Assembly: GCA_036172245.1 (NCBI GenBank)
Contig: JAYWIR010000043.1
Span: 1,116,001 to 1,180,000, forward strand
Origin: Raillietiella orientalis
Taxonomy: Eukaryota
Direction: 5' to 3'
DNA: 64,000 nucleotides
In this document: one piece after another, positions 28,150 through 40,100 of the stretch
How positions within the stretch are numbered: the stretch's first letter is position 1
Layout: every line of letters begins with the position of its first letter
Notes under the pieces: model-generated
What the model saw: the letters and a program-made list of their open reading frames with translations, nothing else
What the model was told of the DNA's origin: nothing
The model's database searches: none
Position numbers and translations under genes: made by a program

Positions 28150-30240
28150 CTAGTGATTGGACGTAAAGCAGGAACGCTTCTTTCTCTTTGAGTTGCGCAG
28201 GAGCTCGGGGACGACGTCAGTCGCGAAGAAATCACCCTCCGTTTCCTTATCGAAGCGATGCTCTATAACGGGGACTCCCGAGAGTGCTTTTCTGGAGGAA
28301 CGAGTAAAACCAGGAAGCAAACTCAGGCGTATGTTAATGGTAGAACTAAGAAGTTGGCTGGGCTGCCATGCGAAATACACAGGAACGAATCAGCACTGGC
28401 TGAGACTGAGAGGGAACTTTCGAAGAAGCGAGCACTCTAAATGTGGATTATAGAAAGTTCATCGACGTGGAGTTCGGTTGCCAGTCTTTCGCCCAGCCAG
28501 AGAGAAGTTACCGAGTTGGAAGCTCAAAACAGCAAGGCGATCGAACCGCCTTCACCAGGAGCACCGGAATATTCAAAGTGGGGTGCAGCGCCGACCAAGA
28601 GCCATTGAGCCATCATGTGGAGTGTGTTCTTGAAGAATAAAAGGACGTTGGCAGCTGGCAGAGAAAAGCCCACAAGGATGAGTGGGAGATGGACTTTCAG
28701 AGGGAAATGTACAGGTCAGAAAATCAGCCCTTAGGAGGGAAGAACCATTCCCTGCTGTACGAACGTGATGCGAGATGGCTTTACTCGTAAAAGGAGTCGC
28801 TAAAAATCGCAACATACCCCGCAGTCTCACTGGGGTCACATATGTCTGCGGCAGTCTCCCCTAGTGATTCAGGACAAACGTCCCTCGTTTTTCCGGAGAA
28901 ATGAACTCCCCTTTGCTCAGTTTGCTTCAGCTGCTGAAAATCTGGTGCCTTTCCAGTTATCACTGAATGCGGATTCGAATTTTGAGGACCGAGAGCAATC
29001 TGAGCAAAAAAAAAAAAAAAAATGAGAAAATCCGAAGTCTGGGATCTTCAAGCGATTTATTAGTCATGCGAATGCTTTTGCCAATGCGACGCTCAAAGCT
29101 GAATTGCTGTGAAACGAAACTCTGGGATTTTCCACAGAAACCGCATCTCCATACTGTGGTGATTTGCGTCGGTTGCAAAAGAAATCCTTTGCTTTCGTTT
29201 CGGTCTTTTTCGCGTCAAGCCACCTTCTACGCTGAAAGCTCTGTTTGCACAAGTTTTAGGAGGTGCTGAGGAAGGTTTAGTAAATAAAGCTGCAATGGAA
29301 ATACCCGATCTCAAATAGAGTCGTAGAAGCTCCTTAAAGCGTGCTAAAAGGCTCTGTTCTTTTACCTCGAGCAAATGACTCTTTCCAGCCGAAGGTGCGG
29401 CAAAGTTCACTTCCGCATCTTGTTGGCTCACTGGAACTTGCGGTTTGGTGGGACCACCCGGTTTCGACTACTCCCTCCGTTGCCAAGTGTGCCAAAGGAG
29501 CGCACATTCCAGACGCATCGCAGTCGATCCCGGTTGTGGAGATTCATCCGTTCCCGTTGACTGATGTTTTGGAATTCCAGGAGTGCCATTGCAGTTCCGT
29601 GTTTTTCGGTCTAGCCTTCTGTTGGTCCTTGCTCGTGTTCTCTTGCTTCACAAAGTCAAGCCTTCCACAGCCAGGGGGATGCTTTGGGGAAGGATAATTT
29701 GCATGGACCCCTGACATGCAAGGGGCACGGCAGGAAGCTGCATCGAGACGTTCTCGTCTGGATCTGTGTTTCCAGTGTCAGAAGAAAGCAGAATCCACTG
29801 CATCGGACTCTTCAGGTTCTTCAAAGTTCGAAGGATGCGAGGCAGAGTACCGCCAACTGCAGAGGTGCACCCACCTTCCTCCAGACTAACCCGGAACCGT
29901 TCCTTCTACGCCAGCGACGCACATTTCCCTGCAGCGGCGGCTGCCTCCGTCGACGATGCATCCCAGTCAGCGTGCTCTGGAGCGTTTGCAGCTTCGTGCT
30001 GCCCTCATAATGCAGTAAGGGGAGGAGGTGGTCATCCTCAGGGCTGCTCCAAGGAGCGCGTTGCGGATATCACATTGGGTTCATCGAAGGAAAGGACGCG
30101 GCTCCTTGAGCAGGATGGAAGCAGCTTCCAGAGAGCGAGGCTCGCAGAGAGCGTCACAAAATGTCGCCGAAAGAGACGCAGAGGAGGGGACGCTATTCTT
30201 ATCGTGGCTTCCCTCTTAAAGAGGAGGACGAGATGACTTC
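28150..30240 (+). mobile_element. Degenerate Ty3/Gypsy pol relic (RT and integrase)
   Basis: VDYRK at 28443 (CVDYRKLN), DRTAFTRSTGIF (KTAFxTxxGLF), WWDHP..VAKCAK (integrase zinc finger, about 29445-29495), NLHGPL (DLxGPL, about 29695). Confidence 0.55.
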
Positions 30241-30579
30241 GCCTGGGACCTGCGAGGGATGATGAAATTGCCTTTCCTTGCTTCCTTGCAGCCGTACAAC
30301 ATGCAGAGAGCACTCGGGGAAAATCCCCCCCCCCCTTCTCCCCGAAGAAAAGGAAGAAATTACTTGTTTATTTCTATCCTTTTCTTGCTTATTCACCTTC
30401 CCGAAGTGAATCCTTCTATTTATCCTGATAGTTATCAGAAGTCTGGACACCCTTATCCAGGACTGCTTGCACTGTAGTGGGACTAAGAATCTCATTTTGT
30501 TTTCTATCAACTTCTATTTGCAAAAACCAAAAAAAATGTCTCTTTTAGAGCACATGCCCCGGAGGTCCCACCGAGTGCA

Positions 30580-30830
30580 AGGAGAATGGAGCCTGGACTT
30601 CTACTATCCCGGCGGAAGGATTCTCATATTAACCTTCTACCATCCTTTGGTTGTTCCTGAGCGAAGGGACATTGTTTCCAGCAACGTGTCGATGCTATAT
30701 TATGGAATCGACAGGGAGCTAGGGACCGAATGCGGAAACGGGGATCCTGAGAAGAGGAAGCGGGAAACAGCAGCATCCGGAAAATGCAATGAAATCACTT
30801 GGAGATCTTTCAGAGTCGAAAGGTCACCAA
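30580..30830 (+). pseudogene. Possible MADF/Myb-SANT domain relic (Harbinger second ORF?)
   Basis: LILTFYHPL...GIDRELG...C...WRSFR resembles MADF LIxxYxxHPxLW..IxxELG..CxxKWxxLR. Confidence 0.3.
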
Positions 30831-31099
30831 TGAACGAGAAGATCTCAGAGCTCACCTCTCTTCCCTGTGGTTTGCTTTCACCGTTTCGACACCAGGTCTG
30901 ACAGGAAGAGTGCGGGAGGTGCATACAAAAATGACAATGGGCCACAAACATCTGGATTCTGTAGGAGGGCGAGAAGCACAAGAAACACTAAAAGCAAGGA
31001 GGGGCGCGAAATCCCTCAAGCGTCAGAGAAGAATGCCGTGTTGGAAGGGATCGAGGGAACTGAATGAGATGAAATCTCCGTTCGTTCTGTATCTACAAA

Positions 31100-33560
31100 C
31101 GCCCAAGTGAGGCTGCAAAGTGGTAAAAAGTGCGCCAAGTAACAATTCCCAATGCGATTTCATCTGCTTGCGGTGTCCAAAGTCGTGAATTCTCGTGTAA
31201 ATTCCCAATAAAGAGGAATCGAGGAGTAGCGAAAGTCGAAAGTTTCCCCGGCAGCCCAGGGGCAAGACCGAGAGAGGTTGTAAAAAGCAAAGGCTGACAA
31301 GCAGCACTCAGGCTGAGAGCATCTCCAGTGGGAGATCACGAGCACAGTTCTCAACTTGAAAGTGATGGCTCCGAAACTAGGAGACCGAACCTGCAGTTCA
31401 AGAGGCGGATAAGGGGGCGCAAGGCCAGCCAAGACGCTCGATGCATGCAGAGCACAGAAGATCGCGAAGATCGGAAGCTGGCATCAGACGAGCAGCCACA
31501 AAGCCAGTCAGAATCCTCGACTTTGCCCGACTGAAGCAGCGAACGTCACTCTTCCACAGACCAGAGCGGTCACCACGTACGTATGTGTTTGCACTCGGTT
31601 TCTTTTGCTGAGGGTCACTTGCAAAATGCACCAGAGGATGAAACGAACGCATGTTCGAACGCGACGGAAGATCGAAAGCTGTGGAGACAAAATATGGGTT
31701 GCGGCAGTGCCATCTGCATTGTTAGCTCCTGACCAAAGCTATTTCTGCTTTGCCGCAGGCGTTGCGTGGCATCCTTGGGGAGAGGCTCCAGAGAAAGTGC
31801 TCCGTAAGAAACATAACCTTTCGGTGAAGTGCATGCTGTTCCGGACGCGTACCTTTGGACTAAGGGGACTTGCTCCCAGTGGGAAGTGCATCTTACAGTC
31901 AGAAAAACACGATGGCGGCAACTGATCTGGGAAATCTTTCTGGAATATATTCAAGCATATATCCATGTCTTTTTCTCCTTGCCCTTCTTCTATAAAACCA
32001 TCTTTATCGGACAGAATAACTTTCCCATCTCTCTGGCTCTTGAAGCAGGTTACTAGCAGGAAAAAAAAGAAAAGAATGAACATCTGGACATCGTCTTTTC
32101 TGTCAGGAAGAGCTGCCGCTCTTCTTCTCAGGATTCATTGTTTACGATGCAGTTACGCTTTTTCTTCCCGAGTTTCTTCAACCAGGACTAGCAAACTACA
32201 CAAGGGAACACCCGCAGGATTAAAAACTCACGGATGCCAGGACAAACTCCGATGTGATGGCAAGAAATTCTGTGCTTCGTCTCCTCCGTCTCCCGGGGAG
32301 ACGAAGCTGCAATCTTCAAGATCGGGTGCTGTGCAACAAGAATATCGCCATGACTTGGAGACTTTTCCGTATCGGAACGCGTTTTCAACGTTTATTCCGG
32401 AAGGCAAACTCGGATCGACCAAAGACCACGTCTACAGAAACAACGCGTTTGTGTTCCGCACTGCCACGTTCACAACATTAGGTCCCAAGGCTTGTAGGCG
32501 TCTCACGAGCGCCACTGTCAGTGCCACGATCTTGACTAGGGTGGTGATCAGAGGGAGGAGTACAATCCAGGACTGGAGTTTCAATGTTTCCCAGGCTTCC
32601 TTCAGTGACTGATTTTTCTGTTGGAAGAACGCTGTGAACCTGAAATTCAGTCCAAAAAAAAAGAAAGAAATGAGCTGCTCATCGTTGGTGAGTCTCGAAT
32701 GGCGCGGATCTCGGAGATTGCGTTCTCGCAAAGGGAATGGGAGCTGCTGAAAGCTGAGTCAACAACCGACCTGCTCCAGTCGCTGCTTATTCCTTGGATG
32801 CTTCCCGCCAGCAGAGTGATAGCGGCATCGAGAAATAAATAGCCAAGCTGATCACGAATTTCCTTCGTGTAATTGGATATCAAATCTCCCGGGATCTGCC
32901 TCAAATGACTGTTGACTGCGATTGTCCTGATGCCTGCTTCCAGAGCCTGGAAAACTTGGCAGAAATACGCTGACAAATATCTTAAGAAGCACGTTATTCC
33001 TAATTGCGTTCCGTGGAGTGTTCTCTCACAGGTTTTGATCTCTAGGGAAGTACACCACTGACTCCAGGACCATCGTGTTCAGGTCGCCAGCGTCGCCGAC
33101 CTGACCTGCAAACAAGGGCGGCTCCATTGTGATAGTTGCAAGCAAGAGAATGAAGATCGAAAGAGACTGGGGAAATTCACGCGAGCAGCTTTGATGTCGT
33201 AGGCATTCTTTGCTGTTGGTACTAGGCGAGGAGACGCGCCCAGCAGCCAGTTCCTGCAGGGAATGCCACTTTCGGAAGCGGCTTCCGGGCGTGGGAATTC
33301 GTTCCCTATGAGCGACGAAGGGCCGGGTGTCGTGTTGGGAAAATCCATCCCGGATGCCGAGAGGAAGTCTGTGGGTTCGAATCGCGGTGAATGTACTCAG
33401 CAAAGTCCTTTCTTAAATGCCCGTCGCGGGGCAGACTACTTCTTTTGCCAACAACCACCAAGTTCACTCCCCTTTCCCTACCCACTGAACCATGCTCCCT
33501 GTGAGAGCGTGGAGGAGCAGATAGTGACACGATAGGAGCCAGCCGGATAGGTAAGAGGTT
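31100..33560 (+). mobile_element. Degenerate hAT transposase with BED finger
   Basis: ICLRC (BED CxxC, about 31160), NIWTS..LLRIH at 32079 (DxWTS..LTxH), RLCSAL (CxAH), FSQREWELL (LxxxEWxLL), APCESV..QIVT at about 33494 (PCERxFS..IVT). Confidence 0.65.
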
Positions 33561-33599
33561 TCCCTCTGCATAGCAGGAGTCAGCAAAGACGGTCTTTGC

Positions 33600-34100
33600 T
33601 GGGCACCACGGCATCCGGCGTTCTCATCCCAGATCTGGATGGATGGGCAGACGATCTTGGCATTCCCTCGTACGAACTCGTGGTCCCCACCGTTACCCTA
33701 GGCTTTTCCTTCAATACTCTTTCTGCCCTGGGACTTTTCGGGAAGCCAAGAACGCCGGAACCACGGGACCAAAGTGACCGCTCCCTCGAACTGCACCATG
33801 CTCAGGGCGACCGGGTCGCTCGTCATCCTGTCGTCGGACTGCGAGTTCTTCCTCCCCCGCGAGTGTCAGAGCGTGGTAGCAGCGCCCCCGCCTCACGCCC
33901 CATCCGGCAGTTTGCAAGGCGGGCTCTTCAGTCCTTTCTCGACAACCGAACCGCTGGCGATACCGCGCTACATCCGAGAGGCAGTCAGGAGCACGCGGCG
34001 GAGCAGTATGAAAGGGGGAAGCCGATCTCTGGACGTCCTTATCACGTTGGGAAAGCGGCTTTCCCCCCGCTTCCAGAATAATAAAGACGCCTCCCGGATT
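33600..34100 (+). mobile_element. Possible short RT fragment
   Basis: WADDL followed by LGFSFN (YADD..GLxxN-like); little else recognisable. Confidence 0.25.
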
Positions 34101-34649
34101 GCAGCGAAGTTATAAGGAAGACGCAGTACACAAGTCCGGAGCTCTCCCTGCCCCCTCTCGCCCATCGGCCTTTTTCCCAGAGACGACAAACGTTTGCTCC
34201 CGGTGTTTCACCATACGTACGAGCTTTATATATATCGTCTGTACATATTTATTTATTTTTGCCCTCCCCTTCCCTCCCCAACTCCTTTACTGCGCGCGTT
34301 TTTACCTTGGTGCCCCCAAGGCACCTTGATCCATGTTTGTTCGATGTGATGAACGTCATCGCATGACCGGGTCGAGAACAGTGACGTGTTCTGAACGCCC
34401 CTTCCCTCCCCTCTTCCTATATTCCTCCCACTCGTGCAGACAAGAAAAAAAAGAGGGAACGACCTCGAATGATGGGAGCAGATCACCGTGACTTCCCTCT
34501 CTTCTTCCGTTCGCAGCTGAGCATCTTCCGGGACCTCGGAGCCCAGGAGAACAAGGCAAGGGAGAGGAAGATCAAGAAGGTTTGAGGACCTCGCGGAAAT
34601 ATGGGTAAAAGACTAGGAAGGAAAGAAGAATAAAGAAAGAAAAAAAAAT

Positions 34650-35850
34650 GCTCATACGCAGGTGTTTGCAAGTGCATCCTGAACACCGTTCCGATCACTT
34701 GCAGAAGAAAAAAAAAGTCTTCCTGTTCACGTTTTTGGAGTTCTTCGCCACTTTTCGGGACAGTTTAACGTGTGATCGCTTCTCGGCCTTTTGGCCAAGA
34801 TCGAAGTGTAAGAGAACGGAGGTGGTGCATTACATCCGGGAAGAAAAATCCCAACCTACGAAGCCGCTCCTGGAAGCGCATGTTGCGGCAGAAGCGCTCC
34901 GGGACCAGCACAGTGTCGATGGACCGACGATTCGGGGGCGGAGTTCTTCGGAGTCTGAACGCCGTTCCGGCCGCGTATGCGCCCTCAGGATGACGGCCTC
35001 GACCTCAAACGGGCAAACGACCACGAGCCTCGGTATGCGCTTGCCGGGGGTTCAGACGGGCATCTTTCGAGAGAAAGGGCGCTCCGCGGAGGCGGGTGGA
35101 GGGCGACAGGAGCCGCAGGTCCAGGACTCTGCTGTTCCGCGACGCGACCCGCTCGGGCGAAAGATGGCCGAAGCCGCGCGGGCGCGCGTCATCCCGAGAA
35201 TCCTTCCGAAGGAGGAACTGTCTGCGAAAGCGGGAGCTTCTCGGAGCGCATTTCTCATTCGGAGGCGCCGGCCTTCGCCAACGCGACCGAGAGCGGGCGA
35301 AGAAGAGGAATTCCGTTTCGTGTCGGACACGAGCGCCGAGTCACACGGAGTACTCACTGTGTTGGAACAGAAGCAACGTCGCGACGAAGACATCCAGGTA
35401 CCTCATCTTGCTGTTTTGCGAGACGTTCCTTCTGCTGCCTGGTCCCACGGGTTTATGGAACACGAAATGTCAGATGGGCAGGAAAAGCAAGCACGCACGC
35501 ACACGCTACGGAAAAGGGGAGGTGGGAGGAGAAGGGGAACACTTGCGCCCGTCTTTCGGATTCTGTTGCTGCCATGGCAGCTGAAATCTCCTCCCCTCGC
35601 ACGGAATCCTTGTCTTCTTTTACGGTCTCGCGTGCAGTTCTTGCTCAACGGATAGGGAGAGGGAGGAGATGCGCTGATCTGCTCCTGGATATTGTTCTAG
35701 TTTCCGACATATCGCGTACACACGGATGCCAAAAGATGCTCATCACACGACAAAGAATCGCCAGCATCCGTGGTGTGTGGTAAGCCTCCATCACGAAGCC
35801 CTTCTACCAGGTGCTCTTGCTCCATTCGGCTCCACCAGAGGGAAGGAAGA
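34650..35850 (+). mobile_element. Degenerate piggyBac transposase
   Basis: FRDSLTCDRF (MSRxRF), KPLLE, HSVDGPTIRGR (SVDExMIxFxGR), YGKGEVGG (YNxxMGGVD), C-terminal VCGK..TRC.C.I.LH cysteine-rich domain. Confidence 0.65.
34775..34810 (+). pseudogene. 3'-truncated U2 snRNA copy (about nt 1-36)
   Basis: ATCGCTTCTCGGCCTTTTGGCCAAGATCGAAGTGTA versus U2 ATCGCTTCTCGGCCTTTTGGCTAAGATCAAAGTGTA: two mismatches in 36 nt, starting exactly at U2 nt 1. No rest of the gene. Confidence 0.9.
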
Positions 35851-35980
35851 ACGGAACGGGACGAGTGGCAGCGGTCCGACGGATTTTCAACTGCCTCTTT
35901 CAGCGCCTGGGTCCGCCGGAAGGGTAGAAAGAGAAGCGACACCCTCGACGAGGACACGGGACGAAGCACAATCGAACGGA

Positions 35981-37800
35981 TTTTTATTGAAATTAAAATA
36001 TTCATACATGTATATAAGATGAACGGCAGCGGCTTATCTGAATCTTCCTATCTTTCTCATGAACTCCATAGGGTGGTCCCCTCTCTACTAAGGATGAGTT
36101 TCTTTTGAGTTCTGGATTGCCAGACACTCCGTGGGGTCACCAGCATCGTCCGGTGGGTGTCCTAATGTATGTGTCCATCGGACGTCCCTACTACATCTTA
36201 TTCATAAGGCGACCATCAATTACTCATCTTCTTAGCGTAGTTTCTGGAAACACCTAGAGTGCGCAGCACGTCATCATTCCTGTGATTCCGCGATCCTAGG
36301 GTGCCTACCAGGAATGAGTGTATGGTTTCCATTGCCTGCGTGGGCAATATGATGAATGAGATCTTGATATCTCTCCCCCTCTCTTCGGGCAATGGTGAAT
36401 GCTTCTTCCCCATTTTCAAACGGATAGGAGACGTCCACTATCACCCATTTATCGTTCTTCTGTAGCACCAGATCAGGTCTCAACGTGGAGTTCACTCCAG
36501 GCACCCACTGGCTTGCAGCCAGCTACTGATGTGTCAGCTGCTTGCAATCAATCTGCAATCGTGTTAAACCTAGCGTCGTACAGGGAAGAGTGCGTCATGG
36601 AATAGTTGAGAACAAGGTATTGTTTCTTCCCATGTAGTGCATCTTCGGCATAGACGGTCCAACTGTGGTAGCCGTGATACGGCTCCTATTGGTAGGAGTC
36701 TTGCCGAATCGACGAAACGATAGTCTGCAAACCTAATGAAATTTCCTGAAGCGAGGAAGTGGCTGGAATCCTAATGAAGTCCAACGCAACGCATTGCTTT
36801 CCCCATGTCTTTCAACAAGAGAAGGTCATGCGTTCTCGCTGGATAAAGCGCACATTCGCGGCAAATTTCTTCCTCATGGAGCAGTCCCAAACTACGCCAT
36901 ACATTTTTACTTTCGGCTCGCAATCCGTGAATTCCCATGTCGCCGGCGTGCGCTTAGAGGTTTGTCCTGCAACCATCCAGGGACTCTTGACGTCGCCACT
37001 TATCCTTGAAAATTTTCTGCTGGAGTCTTCTGATAGGAATCTGCCCAGGTCCTCCTCTGTGAGTGATTGCAATATCTTTTTTGATACCAGCACGCAGGGA
37101 GTGCCCTTAGCCAGGTTCTTAACGATGGTATCGGGAGAGGTGCCAAGCTTAAAGCAGCTATCCATGATGAAGGTATCAGCTTCATCGGATAGTCATATCA
37201 ACCCAAGGCAGCCTTTCTTCCTGTCGTCATATATGTATTCGTTGGCAGCTTTGGTTGGTAAATGTATAAGTTTTTTTAACCAACCGCCGAATCTTGATGT
37301 CAATAAACTTCCAGTTGGCTTTTGGATGCGTCCCTAACCTTTCGAAATGGATAAGGCTTGGGAAGAAAAAGGTTTTTTAGGGCATCCATGTTCTGCCATG
37401 GTGACAGTCCTGGAGAAAGGATTTTCATTGCTTTTTCGAAAGGGACGATTTTCCATGATCTCCATCTCGAGAGGCTTTTTGATATATTTGTAATGTGATA
37501 ATAATGTAATGTTCGAGATGGAACCGTTGTTGAGTTCTAACCAGATGTTCTTTGAGCTCTCGGCGTCTATTCTATCATAGAATGATGACGCGCACTTCAT
37601 GAGGTCGATCGTGAACTCCACACGATTCATTAAATTTTCGACATGGCATATCCTTTTCCTTTGATCATCCTCCTTATCAGCGAGGATGACTAAGTCGTCT
37701 GTTTATGCCAATAGTACACCTTCACCGTATGATTCCCTCATTGCACATTGTATAGGCTCAATAGCCCATATGAAGAGCAGCGAACTTAAAGGGCTTGTTT
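35981..37800 (-). mobile_element. NeSL/Utopia-like non-LTR retrotransposon with restriction-like endonuclease, 3' half, inactivated
   Basis: PLSSLLFIWAIEP (GCPLS motif), LA*TDDLV (YADD), CRRC..EETIP (CCHC), RFNTI (RHN), RPDLVL..IVDVSYPFENGEEAF..AR (PD..D endonuclease of NeSL/Utopia type); 3' UTR ends AATAAAAA at 35981. Confidence 0.85.
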
Positions 37801-37939
37801 GTTTGTAGTCCCCAGCTCCCCCATTCGTTCATGTTCTTCCGTTTTCCTGGCCTACGTGCCAGTGGTGTATCTCCGTTGCTGGTTTTCTTTATTCGTTGGC
37901 TGGAAACCACTGTTTCCAGCTAGTTTATGTAAATAAACG

Positions 37940-40100
37940 TCCCGGCGTGACCGGGTAAGAAACTTAAAGGGCATCCTTTCGTGTCCCCTCGCCGTAACCA
38001 TATTGGCGTAACCATACTGGTCCTTTTCATCTTAGCCAAAAGGGTGAGAAGCGAAGGAAAGGACAGATGGATCATCCTCAAAGACTCAGCGGCACGCTCG
38101 CGGGTGGTTACCGCCCGCACTCCCGCTTCTGGGTCTCCGGCACTGCCCTGCTGTTTTTGGCCATGACGCCGTCTTTCTGGCTGCGAGCTCCCGGGAGCCA
38201 CGGATTCAAACTTGAAGGAGTCCCCTGGAAGCGCTATCAGCCGATCAAACGAGGTGGTGCTCGCGGTCGGGAGGTGAGAGGTGAAGGGGAAAGGAAACCC
38301 AGATGAGGGTGTTTGGGAAAATCTTCCGATGCAATGCCAGATCCCTCCCAAAGGCGAGCTCCTGCTGGAACCCCTCCGGCGGTTCGCCACCGCTACCCTC
38401 CACCCACCGTCACTTCTAGAGCCTTTCTCCCGCCCGAGCAACAGCTTCGGTCCAAGCCAAGGTCACTCCAGGAACGCGCTTTCCAGAGCGGCGCAAGAAG
38501 CGGGACAGAGCAGCGACTGTGGTCTTCGTGCTGGAGCGACGGCGCGCGCTGCCTCCGGAGTGACAAGCACACAGCGTTGCACGCACGACGGCGACGAAGG
38601 CAGCTACGGAGACTCCCGGCTCGCACCACGAGTCGCTAAGCAGCAACGGCACGGGCTAACTGTGTAGCGACGGTTCTGCTGTGAAACAACGAGCTCAGGG
38701 ATCGCCTACAGACCACGCGCCAAGGGACGACAGGGAGAGACGAAAGGGAACTGGGCGGGAAATCGCTTCCTCCCCATCCTTCCTGTGCTCCATCTTCCTC
38801 TTCACCCTCCTCATTATTTCCTCCTAGGAGCACAACCGCTGCCGACATCGCGAGAGCTCCTCAGGCATTTCGTTTGCCCTGATCTTGGAAACATTTCCAG
38901 AGCGCCCCACAATTTTCGCGGGATAGGGAGGAGGGGGGGGGTAGGCGACCTCTGTATGATCACGGGAGTGCAATGAGACGCGCGGGCTACGCCCCTCTCA
39001 CACGCGAGGGAGGCGCGTACGGCAGCAGCAGTGCGGACGGAGACTTCCGGGAAGGGGTCGCATGCTCGACTGGGCACCGCCGAGGTCGCCCGCCTTGGGA
39101 GGGAGGGAGGAAGCGGTGGCGACACTCAACCAAATGTTCACGTCTCCTCTCCTCCTCCTCCTCACCGTCACAAGACTCGACACTCTGGTCCGTCCGGCTG
39201 GCACGCCACCCCGCAAGAGAGAGCCGAACCCCGGACGGTGTATGATTCTCCCCCATCTGCCAAGGTTCGAGGTGCGCATCGCCAGCAAGTCCTCAGTAGC
39301 ATGAGAAAAGTGAGGGTCCTCCCAGGTGCCCCCTTTCATCGGCGGAGGTCCTCTCTACCAGGCGCACCCGGACACTCGTCCCGTATCAAGTTTGGAAAGA
39401 AGAAACGGGAAAGTTTTTTTATCTTCGTCTCACCTTCCTCCTCCCACTCCTCGCTGTTCACATCATCGTCCCTTCTCCCGTCGTTCACTTCTTCAAGAGA
39501 GAGCGGGAGGTGGACTCTCCCCTACTCCCTCCTCACCACTTGATGGTCTTCACAACGTCAGAGAAGACAGCTAAGAGGATGTTGGCTCGCAGTCACCATC
39601 CTCTTCGCTGCGGCTGCTGGAGTGGATCCCAGATGTTTTCTCGCCTGGGGCCGTCAGGGTGGGTACTCATCGTACTAGAATCGTGTTCTGCTTCTGGCGG
39701 CTGGAGGAGATCAAACCAGAGATTCTCAGATGTCCAGCTCGCCGCCACGGTCCCCATTCCCCGAAATTGAGGGGGGGGGGGGGGGCGGAGGAATGGGAAT
39801 GCCGTCCTTGGCAACAGCCCGAACATCAGGATGGCAAGCAGCGACTTCGTGATCCTCATTCCGTTAGACTCTTGACTGGAACAAAAGCAGAATCTTCGTG
39901 AAGAGCAGTCCGGCTCAGGACCATTGAGTGCTGCGCGAGGTGGCGAAGAAGCCGCGCTTGGGGAGCAGAGAGCTTTCGACTCGGTGCACTCAAGAGCACC
40001 GACAGGCGGATCATCCAAGAGCGAAGACAACAGTTGCCGAATCCCTTCGTCCGCCACATTTATCACCTGGATATGCCGGGGCATCTATTGGTGAAATTCT
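37940..40100 (-). mobile_element. Second, GC-richer non-LTR retrotransposon fragment (5' half, possibly Utopia-like)
   Basis: DRLIAL (WRPIAL-like) and TPIWLRRGDTKGCPLS give a second GCPLS motif independent of the one at about 37780; N-terminal LECTE..C at about 39960-39990. Confidence 0.5.
38025..38054 (-). pseudogene. 3'-truncated U2 snRNA copy (about nt 2-31)
   Basis: Minus strand TCGCTTCTCACCCTTTTGGCTAAGATGAAA versus U2 TCGCTTCTCGGCCTTTTGGCTAAGATCAAA: 27 of 30 identical. Confidence 0.8.

Noticed and set aside
33351..33385. tRNA-Leu-like pieces (GGATGCCGAGAGG..GTGGGTTCGAATC)
   Set aside because: Spacing too short for a tRNA, and the bases lie within the hAT relic; may be chance.
34648..35655. 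335-aa ORF as a functional gene
   Set aside because: It drifts in and out of the piggyBac frame, includes the U2 patch and lacks intact catalytic residues; long open frames are expected in GC-rich DNA.
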